Origin: Octopus vulgaris
Taxonomy: Eukaryota
DNA length: 64,000 nucleotides
NCBI GenBank assembly: GCA_951406725.2
Contig: OX597817.1
Coordinates: 110,360,001-110,424,000 of the forward strand
Direction of reading: 5' to 3'
Under the pieces are notes generated by a model. The model saw only the letters and a program-made list of their open reading frames with translations. It ran no database searches and was not told the DNA's origin. Below, in pieces: positions 13,015-26,526 of the stretch. How positions within the stretch are numbered: position 1 is the stretch's first letter; each line of letters starts with the position of its first letter. The position numbers and the translations under genes are program-made.

Positions 13015-13172
13015 ATGTCTGAAGAGAAGAGACGCACAGAAGAAATTGAAGATGTTAGTCCGGGCATGGCATATTTACCATTTGTTAATATGGAAGAACT
13101 TTTGGAAAAGCTCCGTCTACTTAATTATGAAAAAAGCTTTATGACAATAATGAACATGAAACCTCTTTCAAG
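13015..13172 (+). CDS. IFT57: IFT57 coding exon 1
   Basis: Acceptor AG at 13001-13002, aaaATG, MSEEKRRTEEIEDVSPGMAYLPFVNMEELLEKLRLLNYEKSFMTIMNMKPLSR, AG|GTAAGT donor. Confidence 0.92.
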
Positions 13173-14779
13173 GTAAGTAAGTTATCATGTCAGAACTAAG
13201 GTCTTAGGTTTTCCTTTTGATTAGAGGCATATCAAATTATCCCTTGTTTCCAAATTACATTATTCAATATGTCCTTTCTTTTATTATTTAAGACAATAGG
13301 GCATTACCTGAGGAAGATGTGCAGTTATTCTTAGCAGGTGGAGCAATCAGACAGAGGTCCTCTCGTTGGCTGAAAAATATCTACTTTTGTGTGTTGCAGA
13401 ATGTAACCTTAAAAATACAAAAGAAAAAAAAATGAGACAGAATTGTTCGTTTGATGACATACAAGATTTTAGAATGCCAGATATGTCTTGCAGTATTTAC
13501 TTTTGTATCTCATATGTCCTGAGTTCAAATGTCACTCAAGTCAATTTTTGCCTTTCATTCTCTAGTCTTCAAAGTAAAAAGAAAATTAGTGATCAGGAGT
13601 TTCAGCATTTACTAAGGTTTATTCCATTTAATTGACTATATTCTTTCTTCTACAAATATATATATATATATTCTTTCTTCTTGTGCAAATGTTAAAAATC
13701 AAGATTATAATAAACCACAAAGTTGATTATTATATAGAGGAGATGTGATCAACTGGATTGTCCCATGTAACTGATACTTTTATTGATCATTGCAAAAGAG
13801 AAAACAAAGTGAAACCCAGGAAGTGCATAGAGAAATGAAAGTAAATTCTATAAAATCTCATAGTGTGCCTTTCCTCTATTTCTGTTGTTGTTATCCTGAT
13901 AATAGTGATAATCCTTTCTACTATAGGCACAAGGCCTGAAATTTTATGGGAGGGTGCTAGTTGATTGAATCGACTCCAGTATTTCACTGGTGACTTTATT
14001 TATCAACCCTAAAATGATGAAAGGTAAAGTTGGCCTTGGCAGAATTTGAACTCAGAATGTAAAGATAGATGAAATGCTGCTAAACATTTTGCCCAGCAAG
14101 CTAAAAATTCTGTCAACTCACCACCTTAATAACAGTAATAATAATAAGTATTGACACAAGATCAGTCATTTCAGGGGACAATTACAGTGGATTTATTCAA
14201 CTTATGCACTTGACTAGTACTTGCTTTGTTAACTCTGGAAGAAGGTAAAACAAATCCAACCACAAGAGGATTTGTGATGGGATGTGAATAAATACTCCAA
14301 AGTATTTAGTGCTACACTAAAAACAATCTTCTGCAATAAGGATATCATCATCATTGTCGTTTAACATCCGCCTTCTATGCTGGAATGAGTGGGAAGGTTT
14401 GACAAGAGCCGGCCAGGCAGAAGCCTGCACCAGACTTCTGTAACTGTTTTGGCAGGATTTTTACAGCTGAATGCCCTTCCTAACACCAATCACTCAGCTT
14501 TTCATGTGGCACATGCTGAAAAAGTTGCTGTCATGCATTATCAAAGACAAAAATCAATATGTTATGCATCCTAATTGCTGAGCAAAGCGGAGATTTTTTG
14601 CAAACAACTTGCAAATGCAAGTGCTACCAGTTGAAAGCTCTGCATCCTAAATGCTAGCAGCTTTATGGGGTTATCAGAAGAGAATGCATGCCATTTCATT
14701 TGAGGGCCTTCCTCTCAATGGCATTATTATGTACCAGCCCCACTTGCTTGATCAGCTGGTTACTAGGTTTCGCAGAATA

Positions 14780-14932
14780 TTCTTCCAGGTGTCCAGGCAA
14801 ATCCAGTAGCTTGCCTTCTCCACTGTAGTCTGAATATCTCTCATAATGGTGGCTACAATAATTGCCTCACACTGTGTCCAATGAATCCTTTACATCCAAC
14901 TTTGATTGGGAAAAGCTCTGTGTCTTTACATT
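14780..14932 (-). mobile_element. Remnant of a restriction-like-endonuclease non-LTR retrotransposon (HERO/NeSL/R2 group)
   Basis: Minus-strand translation KDTELFPIKVGCKGFIGHSVRQLL...IMRDIQTTVEKASYWIC resembles the motif FPVEVGCRGF...AExASxWIW. Confidence 0.65.
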
Positions 14933-15246
14933 TCTTGAGGAGTTTTTTATAATGGTGATCTATCAAATTAAGAATGCTGAAAAGCTATCTAAATACAAAA
15001 ATTTAGAGGAAACAGAAATGTAAGAAAATAGTGGAGTGGAACTAAGATCTTTACTCTTAATAGAATCTCAGTTGTGATAAACAAAGAGAATAACTAAGAA
15101 ATAGTATCTCACCCCACAAACTTTTAATGTAAACTATTAAAAAAATCTATGACCTCAGTTCAATTTCTAACAGGTTCAACCTTTGCTTAACATCTTGTGA
15201 AAGTAATTATTTTTATCCACTATTTCTTTCTTTCTTTTTTTTGTAG

Positions 15247-15355
15247 ACATTACTTTGCACTTCCAACCAATCCTGGAGAACAGTTTTATATGTTCACTTG
15301 TTTAGCAGCATGGCTTATACAGGGAACTGGTAGGCAGTTTGACATTCCTCAAGAG
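15247..15355 (+). CDS. IFT57: IFT57 coding exon 2
   Basis: HYFALPTNPGEQFYMFTCLAAWLIQGTGRQFDIPQE, a diagnostic IFT57 segment; tgtAG / GTATT. Confidence 0.95.
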
Positions 15356-15680
15356 GTATTTGATTACTATTTCTTCCCTCATTCATATCAGTTGTTTGGA
15401 CTGAGAATTGATTACAGTGGTATTGTCAATATGTGGCCAGAAACATTACCCAATAGAAGTAATAGCATTATAGAGTTCTATGTGCAACCTTTTCACAGTC
15501 AGCACCTTGGATTCTTCTTAAATTTCAGGTAGTTTGCCTGAATGATGCTATAAACAAAATATTGGTTGAAACTGAAAGAGATACAATTATATCTTAATTA
15601 ATTACATCATGGAAAACTCATGGTTACCATTTAAACATATACACAATTAAGTTCACTTAGCGTTTTTTGTGAGTATTCCG

Positions 15681-16173
15681 TATTGTTTCCCAACCATTTT
15701 TTCATTCCTGGGTAACTGGTGAAATAGATTCCATGTCTCCAGGAAATCCTATATAAAAACTTTTATATATCTTTATTAATCTCTTTCTTTTTCGTTCATA
15801 AATTTAAATTCTATGCGATATTACATAAATCATAAAACTGTCTATGAAAGCTTTCATGGTGCTAAATCCATCAGGTGCCGTAAAGAAGCTTTAAAAAATT
15901 TAATTTTAACCAAAACTGTAATCAAATTCCCCCATAATTCGCTACTAAGAGGTCGTTCTTCTCCTCGGTTCTCCATACTATGTATAGATGCCAGGATTTC
16001 TCTACTTAAGGAGTATGTGTATTATGAAATTATGGAAATAGAATTGAACGCAAAAATGGCTCAAAAATGCATTTGCAAATAATAATTAACCTACTTATCA
16101 CTATTTCTTTGGGATCACTTGTAATCGCTTGAAGAAACCTATGTTTTCAAGGAACTCTGGTTAGGAAACACTG
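15681..16173. mobile_element. hAT-like MITE
   Basis: Imperfect short TIRs TATTGTTTCCCAACC / GGTTAGGAAACACTG, of the CAGTGTTTCCCAACC type. Confidence 0.55.
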
Positions 16174-16540
16174 TTAAAATATGTCAAAAAGTTTCATCAC
16201 AGATATGTGACTCAGTCACTGATACTGCAGTCAGATTTGAAGTTTTATTAATAATCTTAGCATTACCTCCCTTTGTACTTGTTTTATGATGAGATTGAAA
16301 GTGTGATTAATGAGTAAAGGAATTTTATAGTAACAATTACGATTAACAGTTTATAAAGAAAAGTATAATATCTTGGAGAGGATAGCAGTAAATCATATAA
16401 GTCATACCAGCATCCTCTCCAAGATTCTTTGAGAATTCTTAACCGTTTATTCATTTTTGCTGAGGCATTCACATTTTGATTCTTATTTTTATTCTATAAA
16501 TATTAAATGAAAAGTTTTGTTTCTACTGATTTTCTTTTAG

Positions 16541-16594
16541 AAAGATGACCCAAATGCAACAATATCAAGTATTCTGGAAGTTGTACGAGATTTT
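16541..16594 (+). CDS. IFT57: IFT57 coding exon 3
   Basis: KDDPNATISSILEVVRDF; tttAG / GTAAG. Confidence 0.93.
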
Positions 16595-17029
16595 GTAAGC
16601 CTACACATTTTATTTTTAAATTTCAGAATTTCAAATATATTCTTTGTACAACGTTAAAATGTAAATGAAAAATAAAAATAATTTGCAGAGGTAGTTTTTG
16701 TAATTGCTGCTTCATGATTAAAGTTGAAGCTTTTGGTAGATCTAAAAACATATGATAATGAAATTTAAGATGATTTGAATAACAGATTGAAATTATATGT
16801 TCTGAAAGAACATGTTTAAATCAAGTCAGATGTGTCATAGTTGTCATTTGCATAAACACTTGAAATATGGTGATGATTTTGTAGTTATAAATCCAGCATG
16901 AACACATTCCATATTTTTAATAAAGTTAAACAATTCAAATATATAGATCTTAGTGTAGAAAATTCATCTATGTACCAGTAGCCTATCCCCTGTAATTATG
17001 TATCAACAGCATCTATATATTTGTAACCT

Positions 17030-17031
<2 letters not shown>

Positions 17032-17064
<33 letters not shown>
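17032..17064. repeat. (CT)n microsatellite
   Basis: Direct reading. Confidence 0.95.
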
Positions 17065-17068
<4 letters not shown>

Positions 17069-18500
17069 CTTTTCATTCACAATATTTGGTTCAATCCATG
17101 ACTATAGTAATTGGCACTCACTTAAGATTCCACACATTGTGATCAAATGCAGAACCTCATGATTGCAAGGCAAAATCCTTAACTACTCCATACTACCCAG
17201 AGCTGTATGCCATCACAGTGTTTTGCTAACCCTAGTTTTATTCTCATCAAGCATACAACCCCATCCTTCATTCATTCCTGTGTCACTTATGCCATTTTAT
17301 AACAACAGATGGACAAGACTCACCTACATTCAACCTTACCACCATCATTACTCTACCTGTTTTGCCCATCATGAAGTCTGTGTACATAAGAAACTGTATT
17401 GGACCCATTTGTATCTAATACTCTGAAGCCTTTGTATACTCCCAGTCATTAATCATTAACCCTTTGCTTCTATGATCATATTTGTTGTTCTCTTCATTCA
17501 CTCATCCTGCGGCTTCTTCTGTCATTCTTTTTTCTCCTTCACAATCATGTTGCCTCTAACAAACATACACATCTTAGAGTAGTGACTACTCTCTGCTCTT
17601 TTCATGTTCAAAGCAACTCCTTTTGTGTTGGTATCATTATAAAATGCACCCTGTACAATTTGTAAAGTGGTTTGTGAACAAGGGAAGAAAGCAGAGCTGA
17701 GAGGACCCTTTATTTAGTCTTGTCTTCCCAAAGAGATAACAATGGGTGCTGGTACTACAATAAAATATAGCTTATGCCCTTTATAAACTGGTTGGTGAAA
17801 GGAAGCTATAGAAACCAAGCCATAAATGAAACATACCAGCAAAGCACCTACAAAGACACTGGCTCCTAGTAAGAATAGATTCATCTGACAACCTGCCAAC
17901 ATAGAAAGCATTGTAAAATGATGATGATGCTGGTTTTTGCCATCATCATTGTCATCATTTTACATAATCTTTCTATGATGGTATAGTTTGGATGAGTAGT
18001 TACTGCTCTCTTAGATAGATTGGAGGAATATATTTTGCACATAAGTTTCATTTTTGGCTTGGTTTCTACAGCTAGTTGCTCTTCCTGACACCAACAACTT
18101 TACAAAGTATACTAAGTGCACTTTTTGTGACCCCAGCACTACAGAGGTTGTTTCATCTTTAACAAGGCTAAAATATCTTCTCAGTCCCTCATTTAACAGT
18201 GTACTGGGTGAACTTTATTGTGGTACCACTGGTATAGAGTATTAGTGCAAAAGATGAATAAATGGCAAGCGGGAATAATGAAAGCCAAGACCAAACAGAT
18301 GGGTGGGAGAATGTGTATGGTACATGCAAATCTGATGAAGACTCTTTAGTGCATGCTTCAAGATGGAGAGAGTGGTAGATGGAAAAGGATAGAAGGAGGG
18401 GGTTGGAGGAACACATTTCCTGTATATGTCTGTGTGTATATATATGTATATATGTGTGGTGTGTATGTATATATATATTACTATGAAGCATTGTGTAGAA

Positions 18501-18837
18501 TATATTGTATAAAGGATCGTGTGTAAGGCCAAAATGATGTTAAGTAAATGCAAGGTAAATCTCAAGAAAACAAATATGTGAATTAATGTAGACTTAGCTT
18601 GTATTCAATATTTTTGGGTTATGACGAATGTTGCCAATGTGCGTGTGTGAGAGAGCATGTGAGCTCACATACATGCACATAGGCAACATTCATTTATTTT
18701 CTTGAAAATGGGGTCATAACCCCGAAATATTGAATACAAACTAAGTCTACATTAATTCATATATTTGTTTTCTTGTGATTTATCTTGCATTTACTTAACA
18801 TTGTTTTGGCCTTACCCACAATCTTTTATACAATATA
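18501..18837. repeat. Long inverted repeat (foldback/MITE) in IFT57 intron 3
   Basis: Arms of about 125 bp (18501-18625 vs 18713-18837) plus an inner hairpin GAATGTTGCC...GGCAACATTC. Confidence 0.85.
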
Positions 18838-18970
18838 TATATGTATGTATATAATCATATTTATTTGTTAATGAATGTAATGAATAATAATTAATTTTAT
18901 CTCTAATTTGTACTGAGAGCATTTTCATTTTAACAGAAAAACCTTTCTGATAGAATATTATTCTATTTAG

Positions 18971-19089
18971 GGTTACACACTGAACTTTGCCCCTTCAAAA
19001 TTAAAGCAAGGTTGTGGTGAACATTGTATTTATGTACTCAACCGTCTGGCTGATGAAGCATTAAAGAGGCAAAATTTCAAATGGGCAAA
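18971..19089 (+). CDS. IFT57: IFT57 coding exon 4
   Basis: GYTLNFAPSKLKQGCGEHCIYVLNRLADEALKRQNFKWAK; tttAG / GTAAGT. Confidence 0.95.
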
Positions 19090-20160
19090 GTAAGTATCTA
19101 CAATACCAGTTTTGCAAGATAGTAGAAATTACAGTTATTAAAGTCTGTTTTTGACCTCACTCTGATTCTTCCCCTCATAATTCGTAACCCTCTGAAATTC
19201 CCATTTTTATTCATATTTTCTCACCAAATATTGATCTTCAGATTTCAAGCTGAACATCAACCACATCCACCTCACTAAGACGTGCAATGGATATTTCTTC
19301 AAATATCTAATTCACAGGGATGGATAGTGAAATAATTTGGAATAACTTGCATACCTAATTCATCATAATTATGGCTAATGAGAAAAATGGGGGGAAAAAT
19401 ACAGTTTTGTTCTTTAGATCCAAACCAGCTCCAATCAAGCATACCTGTGAGCAAACACATTTCAACTGTGACCGTATCATCATCATCATCCTCATTTAGT
19501 GTCTGTTTTCCATGCTAGCATGAGTATGACAGTTTGACTGAAGCTGGTAAGCCAGAGAGCTGCACTGGGCTCCAGTCAGTTTTGGCTTGGTTTTTATGGC
19601 TGGATACCCTTCCTGCACAGGCATAACTTCTGGTTAAGGAGTTGATTGTTCAATCATGTATGGGTATGGACTCAATTGCAAAATTATCGCTGATTGGTTT
19701 TGGGCTTTGGCAGAAGTTGGTATGCTATAGAATTCAAATAAGAATTGTCCTAACAAAACTAAGATATAATGTTGATCATATGGATTAAACTGATTAATGA
19801 TATTTGGTTACATCTTTTTACATTATCAGTTCAAAACCGATGGCATCATGGTAGCATTTTGCACGTATGTGTATTCATGCACATTCACTCAATTGAAGCC
19901 ACTTATAATCATGGATAATGTTACCAATCAGCAATTATTATCAAAATTAGTGGCAGCTAAACTCTCCCCCAATTTAATATTAACAACTGGGTATTGTTAT
20001 TGAAAAGGCTTTATCCCCATATAATCAAAATAAGTTTGTATGTGTGTGTATTGATTGTGGAAAAAAAAAAGAATTTGTGTTTTACTGAAATGAAGGAATA
20101 ATTAATCCAAGAACAAATATAATTTTAGTCTGAATTTTGTTATAACTTTGTGTTGTTTAG

Positions 20161-20257
20161 ACCAATTTATCCTGAAGAAGAGGAAGATGAAGAAATTATT
20201 ATAATGGCTGAGGATATGGAACTGGATCTCAATAAGATGGAAGAGGATGGTATTGTT
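20161..20257 (+). CDS. IFT57: IFT57 coding exon 5
   Basis: PIYPEEEEDEEIIIMAEDMELDLNKMEEDGIV; tttAG / GTAAGT. Confidence 0.92.
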
Positions 20258-20914
20258 GTAAGTACTTGTCACCAAAATGTTCTTTAAGTATTAGCATATT
20301 TAATAATGATAATGACATCAATGATTTATATAGAATTGGATGGAAAGGAAAAACTTTAGCAAGGTATAGGATGGAAAATGTACATCTTATACAAAGTGTA
20401 TGAATATATGGATGATACAGTCCTCTGAGCCTCCAGCTTGGGCAAGCAAAGTAACCTACTGATTTAATACCACACTAACCACATGTGCCATCTCCCAAAT
20501 GTTGTTCTGTGATCTACAAGCACATACTTTGGGGTGTTCTTTTCTCTGTTATCATTTTCCCTACAATCACTCACCCTTTGATAAATTCACTAGAGGAGGA
20601 AACTTCCCTCACAATTTTCACTTTACTTTTCAAGTGGAACTTAAAATGTTGATAAGGGCTAAAATAAAGAGAAAAGTGTCTATCCTCAATCTTTTCAGTG
20701 TCATCTATCTCACAAGCCACAAAACAGGGAAAATGCCTGTCCAGCCCTATTACAATGTCTGTAAAGTTTGTCTCAATCTGCCCTACAGTAGCACAGCTTG
20801 ACTAAGGATTACCTCCAATATAGGAAACTGAATAAAACATTCACCTATGTTGCAAATACTACACAGCTGAATAAAAATCCAGCATATACAATATATGCAG
20901 TATTATGCTACATG

Positions 20915-21628
20915 GTAGTGAAACATAGGCTGTGACCACTGAGGACATGCAAATGCTTGAAAGAAATGAAGCCAGCATGCTCCACTGGATGGATAATGTC
21001 AATATGCATGTAATACAAAGTGTGATTTGAGAAAAAAAACTGGGTATACAAAGCATCAGATGTAATGTGCAAGGAAGACTGCAATGGTATAGTAATGTGA
21101 TGTATATGGATGAGGATAGCTGCATCAAAAGTGCCAATCTTTAATTGTGGAGGGAATGTGTTGAAGGGGTAGACCCAAGAAGATGTTGGGACAAAGTGAT
21201 AAGAAAGGATCTTCAGATGTTGAACCACACAGAAGAGATGACAGGGGGCTGAGACTTCTGGCAGTTTACTGTGCTTGAGAAGATACGTCAAGCTAAGTAA
21301 GATCATAGCCATCCATACATACAAGCATGTCCTCTACATCTCTCTCTCAGCTGAGAGATCCTACTCTTGCAGGATTGGAGGTGCTGGGGCCATGTAAAAG
21401 CACTTATGCTGGGGTCACTTAAAAGCACTCATGCTGGTTCCACATAAAAATATCCATACCACTGCCATGTTAAAAGCACTCAGTACACTCTGTAAAGTGT
21501 ATGGTATTAGGAAGGGCATCCAGCCATAGAAACCCTGCCAAATCAGACAAATGGATTTTAGGCAGCTCTCCAGCTGGCCAGCTCCTCCCAAACCGTCCAA
21601 CCCATGCCAGCATGAAGAATGATGATGT
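20915..21628 (+). mobile_element. RTE-clade LINE 3' fragment, degraded
   Basis: Homologous to 39527-41113 (MLHGSETWAVT...RNEASML region and a (GAT)n tail). Confidence 0.75.
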
Positions 21629-22196
21629 GTATCATACATAATGTACAAACACCATTGATTGACTTGTTACTGTGGTATTTGTCCTGAGATGACATCCCTT
21701 ATAAGTGTGCTGTGTTAAAAATATAACAAATATCAAAATGAAACAAAAGGTTACCCCAACAGTAACTAACAAGATCAACTGATGCATTTCAGCCTTTTTG
21801 GACCCTTTCAGTAATGTGAACTTGCAGCCATCCACATGCTTGGATGAGAATTCATCATTTCCAAGACAGGAAATAGTGACCAAAGCATTCGCTGATGTTG
21901 CAGATAGCTGCCTGCCTGAATAAAAATTTAGTATGCACAAATGAGGCAGTATTGACCCTTTAGCATTCAGATTACTTACTCAAATGTAATGCTTATTTAT
22001 TCATATTGTTTTGAATTAATCATAGCTTATTTCATAGCTTTGAGATTTCAATAATGTGACTGTTTATTTTTAGAATGACATTGCAGTGTAAGTATAAGAG
22101 GTTGGATCTGACAAGTTTGAACATAAAACAGGTAGAATATTTGGGCTAGATATTTTATTTAATTACATCTTTTTTCTCATTTTCTATTTCTTGTAG

Positions 22197-22277
22197 GATG
22201 AAGCTGATGCTGGTGATGATTTTGATGAAGAACCTCTGATGAGATTAGATAATTTACAATCCCTCAAAGAATCAAAG
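22197..22277 (+). CDS. IFT57: IFT57 coding exon 6
   Basis: DEADAGDDFDEEPLMRLDNLQSLKESK (acidic linker); long pyrimidine tract + AG / GTAAAA; phase 0-0. Confidence 0.85.
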
Positions 22278-22284
22278 GTAAAAT

Positions 22285-22720
22285 TAGTTTCAAATTTTGG
22301 CACAAGGCATGCAAGATAGGGGTGGGGTTAAGTCAATTACATCCACCTCAGTGCTCAACTAGCACTTATTTTATTGACCCTGAAAAGATGAAAGGCAAAG
22401 TCGACCTCAGCAAAATTTGAACTCAGAGCATAAAGACAGATGAAATGTTACTAAGCATTTTGCCCAGTGTGCTAACAATTCTGCCAGCTTGCAGAAAAGT
22501 AATATTGGTTTCAGATTTTGACACAAGGCCTGCAATTTCAGGAAAGGGGCTAAGTCAATTAGATTTACCTCAGTACTCAACTGGTACTTATTTTATCAAC
22601 CCTGAAAAGATAAAAGGCAAAGTCGACCCCAGTGGAATTTGAACTCAGAACATAAAAATGGATGAAATACCACTAAGCATTTTTCCCATTGTGCTAATGA
22701 TTCTGCCAGCTCACCCTCTT
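22285..22720 (-). mobile_element. Two tandem family-B SINEs
   Basis: Two consecutive copies (about 22285-22490 and 22503-22720) directly after the IFT57 exon 6 donor. Confidence 0.8.
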
Positions 22721-25092
22721 AAATAAAGGTGATATTAAAATGAAAATTTAGGTCAGTGAATTGCAGAATTATTTTGACATCAAACAAAATAGTTTGCTGT
22801 ATATAGTTACTCTTTTTACATTCTAACTTTAAATCTCATCAAAGCCTTTTTATCTTTCTAAGATCAATAAAATAAAGCGCCAATGAAATATTGGGGTTGA
22901 TAAAAATCATCTATACCGTTTTCCTTCTAAAATGTGAAGCTTTGTGCCTATGTTATTGATGAATATTAAAATTTGGATTGCTTTAACACCAGATTAAATA
23001 TTCTCCTGCAATTGTTCAAATCCTGCTGATGTCAGTTATGCCTTTATCTTCTCTGGGGTTTATAAGTAACTGTAGAAGAACTGGCAGAACCATTAGAGCA
23101 TAGGATTTGTTCCAACCCTCTGTACTCTCACTTCAAATACCACTGATGTTAACTTTGCTTTTTATCAACCCAGGGGTCAATGAATAAGGTGCCAGTCAAG
23201 TGCTGGAGTCGATTCTTCTCTCTGTAGTGGGTGCTTTTATGCAGCGCAGCACCAGCACAAGTGTTTTTATGTGGCACTGACATAGGTGTTTTTTTTTATA
23301 TAAAAATAGCACCCATGAGCCTGAAGAAGGATGCAGGAGACATGCCTGCATGCAAGGACGACCATGCTTTTACTTAGCTTGAAGTGTCTTCTCAAGCACA
23401 GCAAACCACCAGAAGTCTTGGTAACTTGTCATCCAATTTGTGAAGCGTATAAATATCTGTCTACATCTCTTAGAATCTGCTATTAAATTGTGCTGTAAGA
23501 AGGGTTACATGGTGACATTTTCTCCCAAATACACTACAAAACCACCCAAGAATGAATGAATATGCAGCACAGCACAGGACTGAAATAAAGAAAAAAAAGA
23601 ATGCATTGGGCCCACTTCAGTTGGCTTTGTAACCATCATCTGTCATAATGAAATCAATATTGGCTTCGAATTTTGGCACAAGGCCAGCAATTTTGGAGGA
23701 AGGGCAAAGTCAATTAGATTAACCCCAGTGCTCATTTGTTACTTATTTTATCGACCCTGAAAGGATGAAAGGCAGATTCAACCCCAGCAGCATTTGAACC
23801 CAGAATATAAAGACAGATGAAATGCCACTAAGCATTTTGCCTAACATGCTATTGAATAATCAAATCAATATTAAAGTGTGAATCACAGTAGTTAAATATA
23901 AATCTCCTGCAGAGATATCTTCACTTACATTGGCTTAGTTTCATCTTTCTTAACATCCTCACCATCATAGTCATACATCTGTTTTACCATCCTAATGTGG
24001 GTTGGACAAGTGTCACATCATCTTGCTTCTTGCCAAGATGATGTTGCTCAGCAACAGTAGAAAAAAACTCCAGCAAATTTAGTTGTGTATTGTTATTTTT
24101 GGCATTGTTTCTATGGTTAGATGCCCCTTTTATAGTCAACCACTTTACAACATGGACTTCCTTTTACTTTCTTTTATTAGTTTCAGTCATTAGACTGTGG
24201 CCATGTTGGGGCACTGCCTTGAGGAATTTAGTCAAACTAATCAATCCCACTACTTATTTTCTTTTTAAGCCTGGTACCTATTCTATTGGTCTCTTTAACC
24301 AAACCACTAAATTACAGGGACATAAACACACCAACAGTAATCATCTGGTAGTGATGGGAAACAAACATACACACAAAGACACACACACACTTTAGTAGAG
24401 GACATATCTTTATTTTCTATCGTGTGTTGTGACATTGCTAAACCTATCTATATTACTTAAATTTTCCTCGAATGAGGCTTTTACATCAATATATATATAT
24501 ATAATTTCACCCTTGTGCTGTGGTTACTGATCAACAGCACACAAGATATATATATATGACAGGCTTCTTTCAGTTTCCATCTACCAAATCCACTCACAAG
24601 GCTTTGGTCAGCCCAAGGCTAGAGTAGAAGACACTTGCCCAAGGTGCCACACAGTGGGACTGAACCTGGAACCATATGGTTGTGAAAGAAGCTTCTTATC
24701 CCACAGCCATGCCTGCCCCTGGATACATTTTATTTTGCTACAAGAACCTGAGAGGTTATCATCAACATGGCTAATGATTATTCTTTACCCTACATAGTTT
24801 CCATTCAATCTGTTTATAAATTCATTTCTAATGCAGTGGGGTAACCATATATGGACAGTTCTCTATATGAACAAATTGAATAACAAACAGTTTTTCTGAA
24901 GAAAAATTCACATAATGTGCTGTGGTTTGATCAACAGCACACAAGTAGACCCACCACCCACCCATTATACACACACGCACACACACATGAGAGGAGAGCT
25001 AATTTGCTTAACAAGCTGATATTTGAACAACAAAATATGAATAGACTATACACACATGTAGTGGCTGGGAGAACGTATGCAAATGGTTTGTT

Positions 25093-25843
25093 GGTAGAAT
25101 TCTGGTTTAAGCATCCCATATAACCCCTCATAACTTTTTATTTTGTGGAATTTTCAGAAAAGCTTTGCAAATTTGTGTTCTACACAGAGGAATACCTACA
25201 ATTATGCAAAAAAAAAAAAGAAAAAACTTTTTGTGTGTGAAGGTGATTTACCTGGTGTTTTTAGCACATTCCACGACCACCTGATACCTTCCTCATTTCT
25301 TAGTCACTCTAAAATGTATTGATGTTTTTCAATATTTTATCTCTCCATAAACACATTTAATGGAATGATGATGCACCCAAGGGTAGTTTCATTGTTGGGA
25401 TTTAAGCAAAAAATTTGAACTGTCCATATTTTAAACTCTGATTTTTTTTTTAAATTCGAAAACACTGGAAATTTTGGGATTAAAAAAATTATCAAACATT
25501 TTTTTTCATAATTATAAGAATTCCTGTGTGTGGAACATAAGTTTGAAAAAATTTTCTGAAAATCCCAAATAAAAAATTTATTAAGGATTATATGGGGTGC
25601 TTAACCATTTTGATACCAACCTGGCTAAAACCACCTCTGGCTCTGTAGTATAACTGTCTTGTTTTCAAAAGTTCTGAATTAAAATCTTCCACCAAATCTT
25701 AGTCACAATTTATGTTCCTAACACTAGCTGAATGATAACTAAGTTATTTTATTAAATTCTTTGTTATATTTTAAAATAACTGAAAGAAACACAGAGCATC
25801 TCAAAATAAATACAGTAATGAAAGGGTTAAACCAGAATTCCAC
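25093..25843. mobile_element. Mutator-like MITE (9-bp TSD) carrying a nested piggyBac-like MITE
   Basis: TSD TGGTTTGTT at 25084-25092 and 25844-25852; TIRs of about 120 bp; right TIR interrupted at TTAA. Confidence 0.7.
25605..25826. mobile_element. piggyBac-like MITE
   Basis: TTAA|CCATTT...AAAGGG|TTAA; related fragments at about 12766-12930 and 62401-62530. Confidence 0.7.
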
Positions 25844-26403
25844 TGGTTTGTTAATGTCCATCTACGCATTTCATGTGGCTTGCATATTTTCATATTTTAC
25901 AAAGAAAATATTTTGTTTGCTTTTGAAGGTTGGACAATTAAAACATAATTTCATTCCTTTATGTGGAATTTGGGTTTAGCTTGGAATGGATTATGCCTGT
26001 GAGAAACAATTTGGTTAGCAAACAGGGCTCTGGAATGGATTATTCTATAGCCACAAGGTCTCACATTTTGGGAGAAAGAAACAGTCTATAATGTCCACCC
26101 CTAGTACTTGATTGATACTTACTTTATTGACTCCAGAAAGATAAAAAGCAATGTTAACTTTGACAGGATTTAAACTTGGAACATAAAAGAATGTAACCAA
26201 ATATTACTGTGTATTTTGTCAAGTCCTCTACCAATTTTGCCATTCCACAACCCTTATCTATATAAGGCAACATTCTGCACCCTATGCAATGACATCTGGC
26301 ATCCCCCCCAAAAAAAGAAAATGTTTTTTTTATTTTTATTTTAGGTTAATATCTGACACAAGTAAAACTGTACATGTGGTTATTTATCATACTCTATTTT
26401 CAG

Positions 26404-26526
26404 TTGAAAGAAGGTAGCAATAAACCTGATAATATCTTGGAATCTCAGACAAACCTTGATGAATGGCTTCTGGAAGTACAAAGAGTGACACCACAGCTGA
26501 AAGTTTTAATTAGAACTGATAACAAG
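26404..26526 (+). CDS. IFT57: IFT57 coding exon 7
   Basis: LKEGSNKPDNILESQTNLDEWLLEVQRVTPQLKVLIRTDNK; tttcAG / GTAAAT. Confidence 0.95.

Noticed and set aside
21755-21915. Possible antisense exon in IFT57 intron 5 (ORF 21632-21940)
   Set aside because: The acceptor is plausible but the donor (GTAACC) is weak, no frame resembles a known protein, and no partner exons were found.
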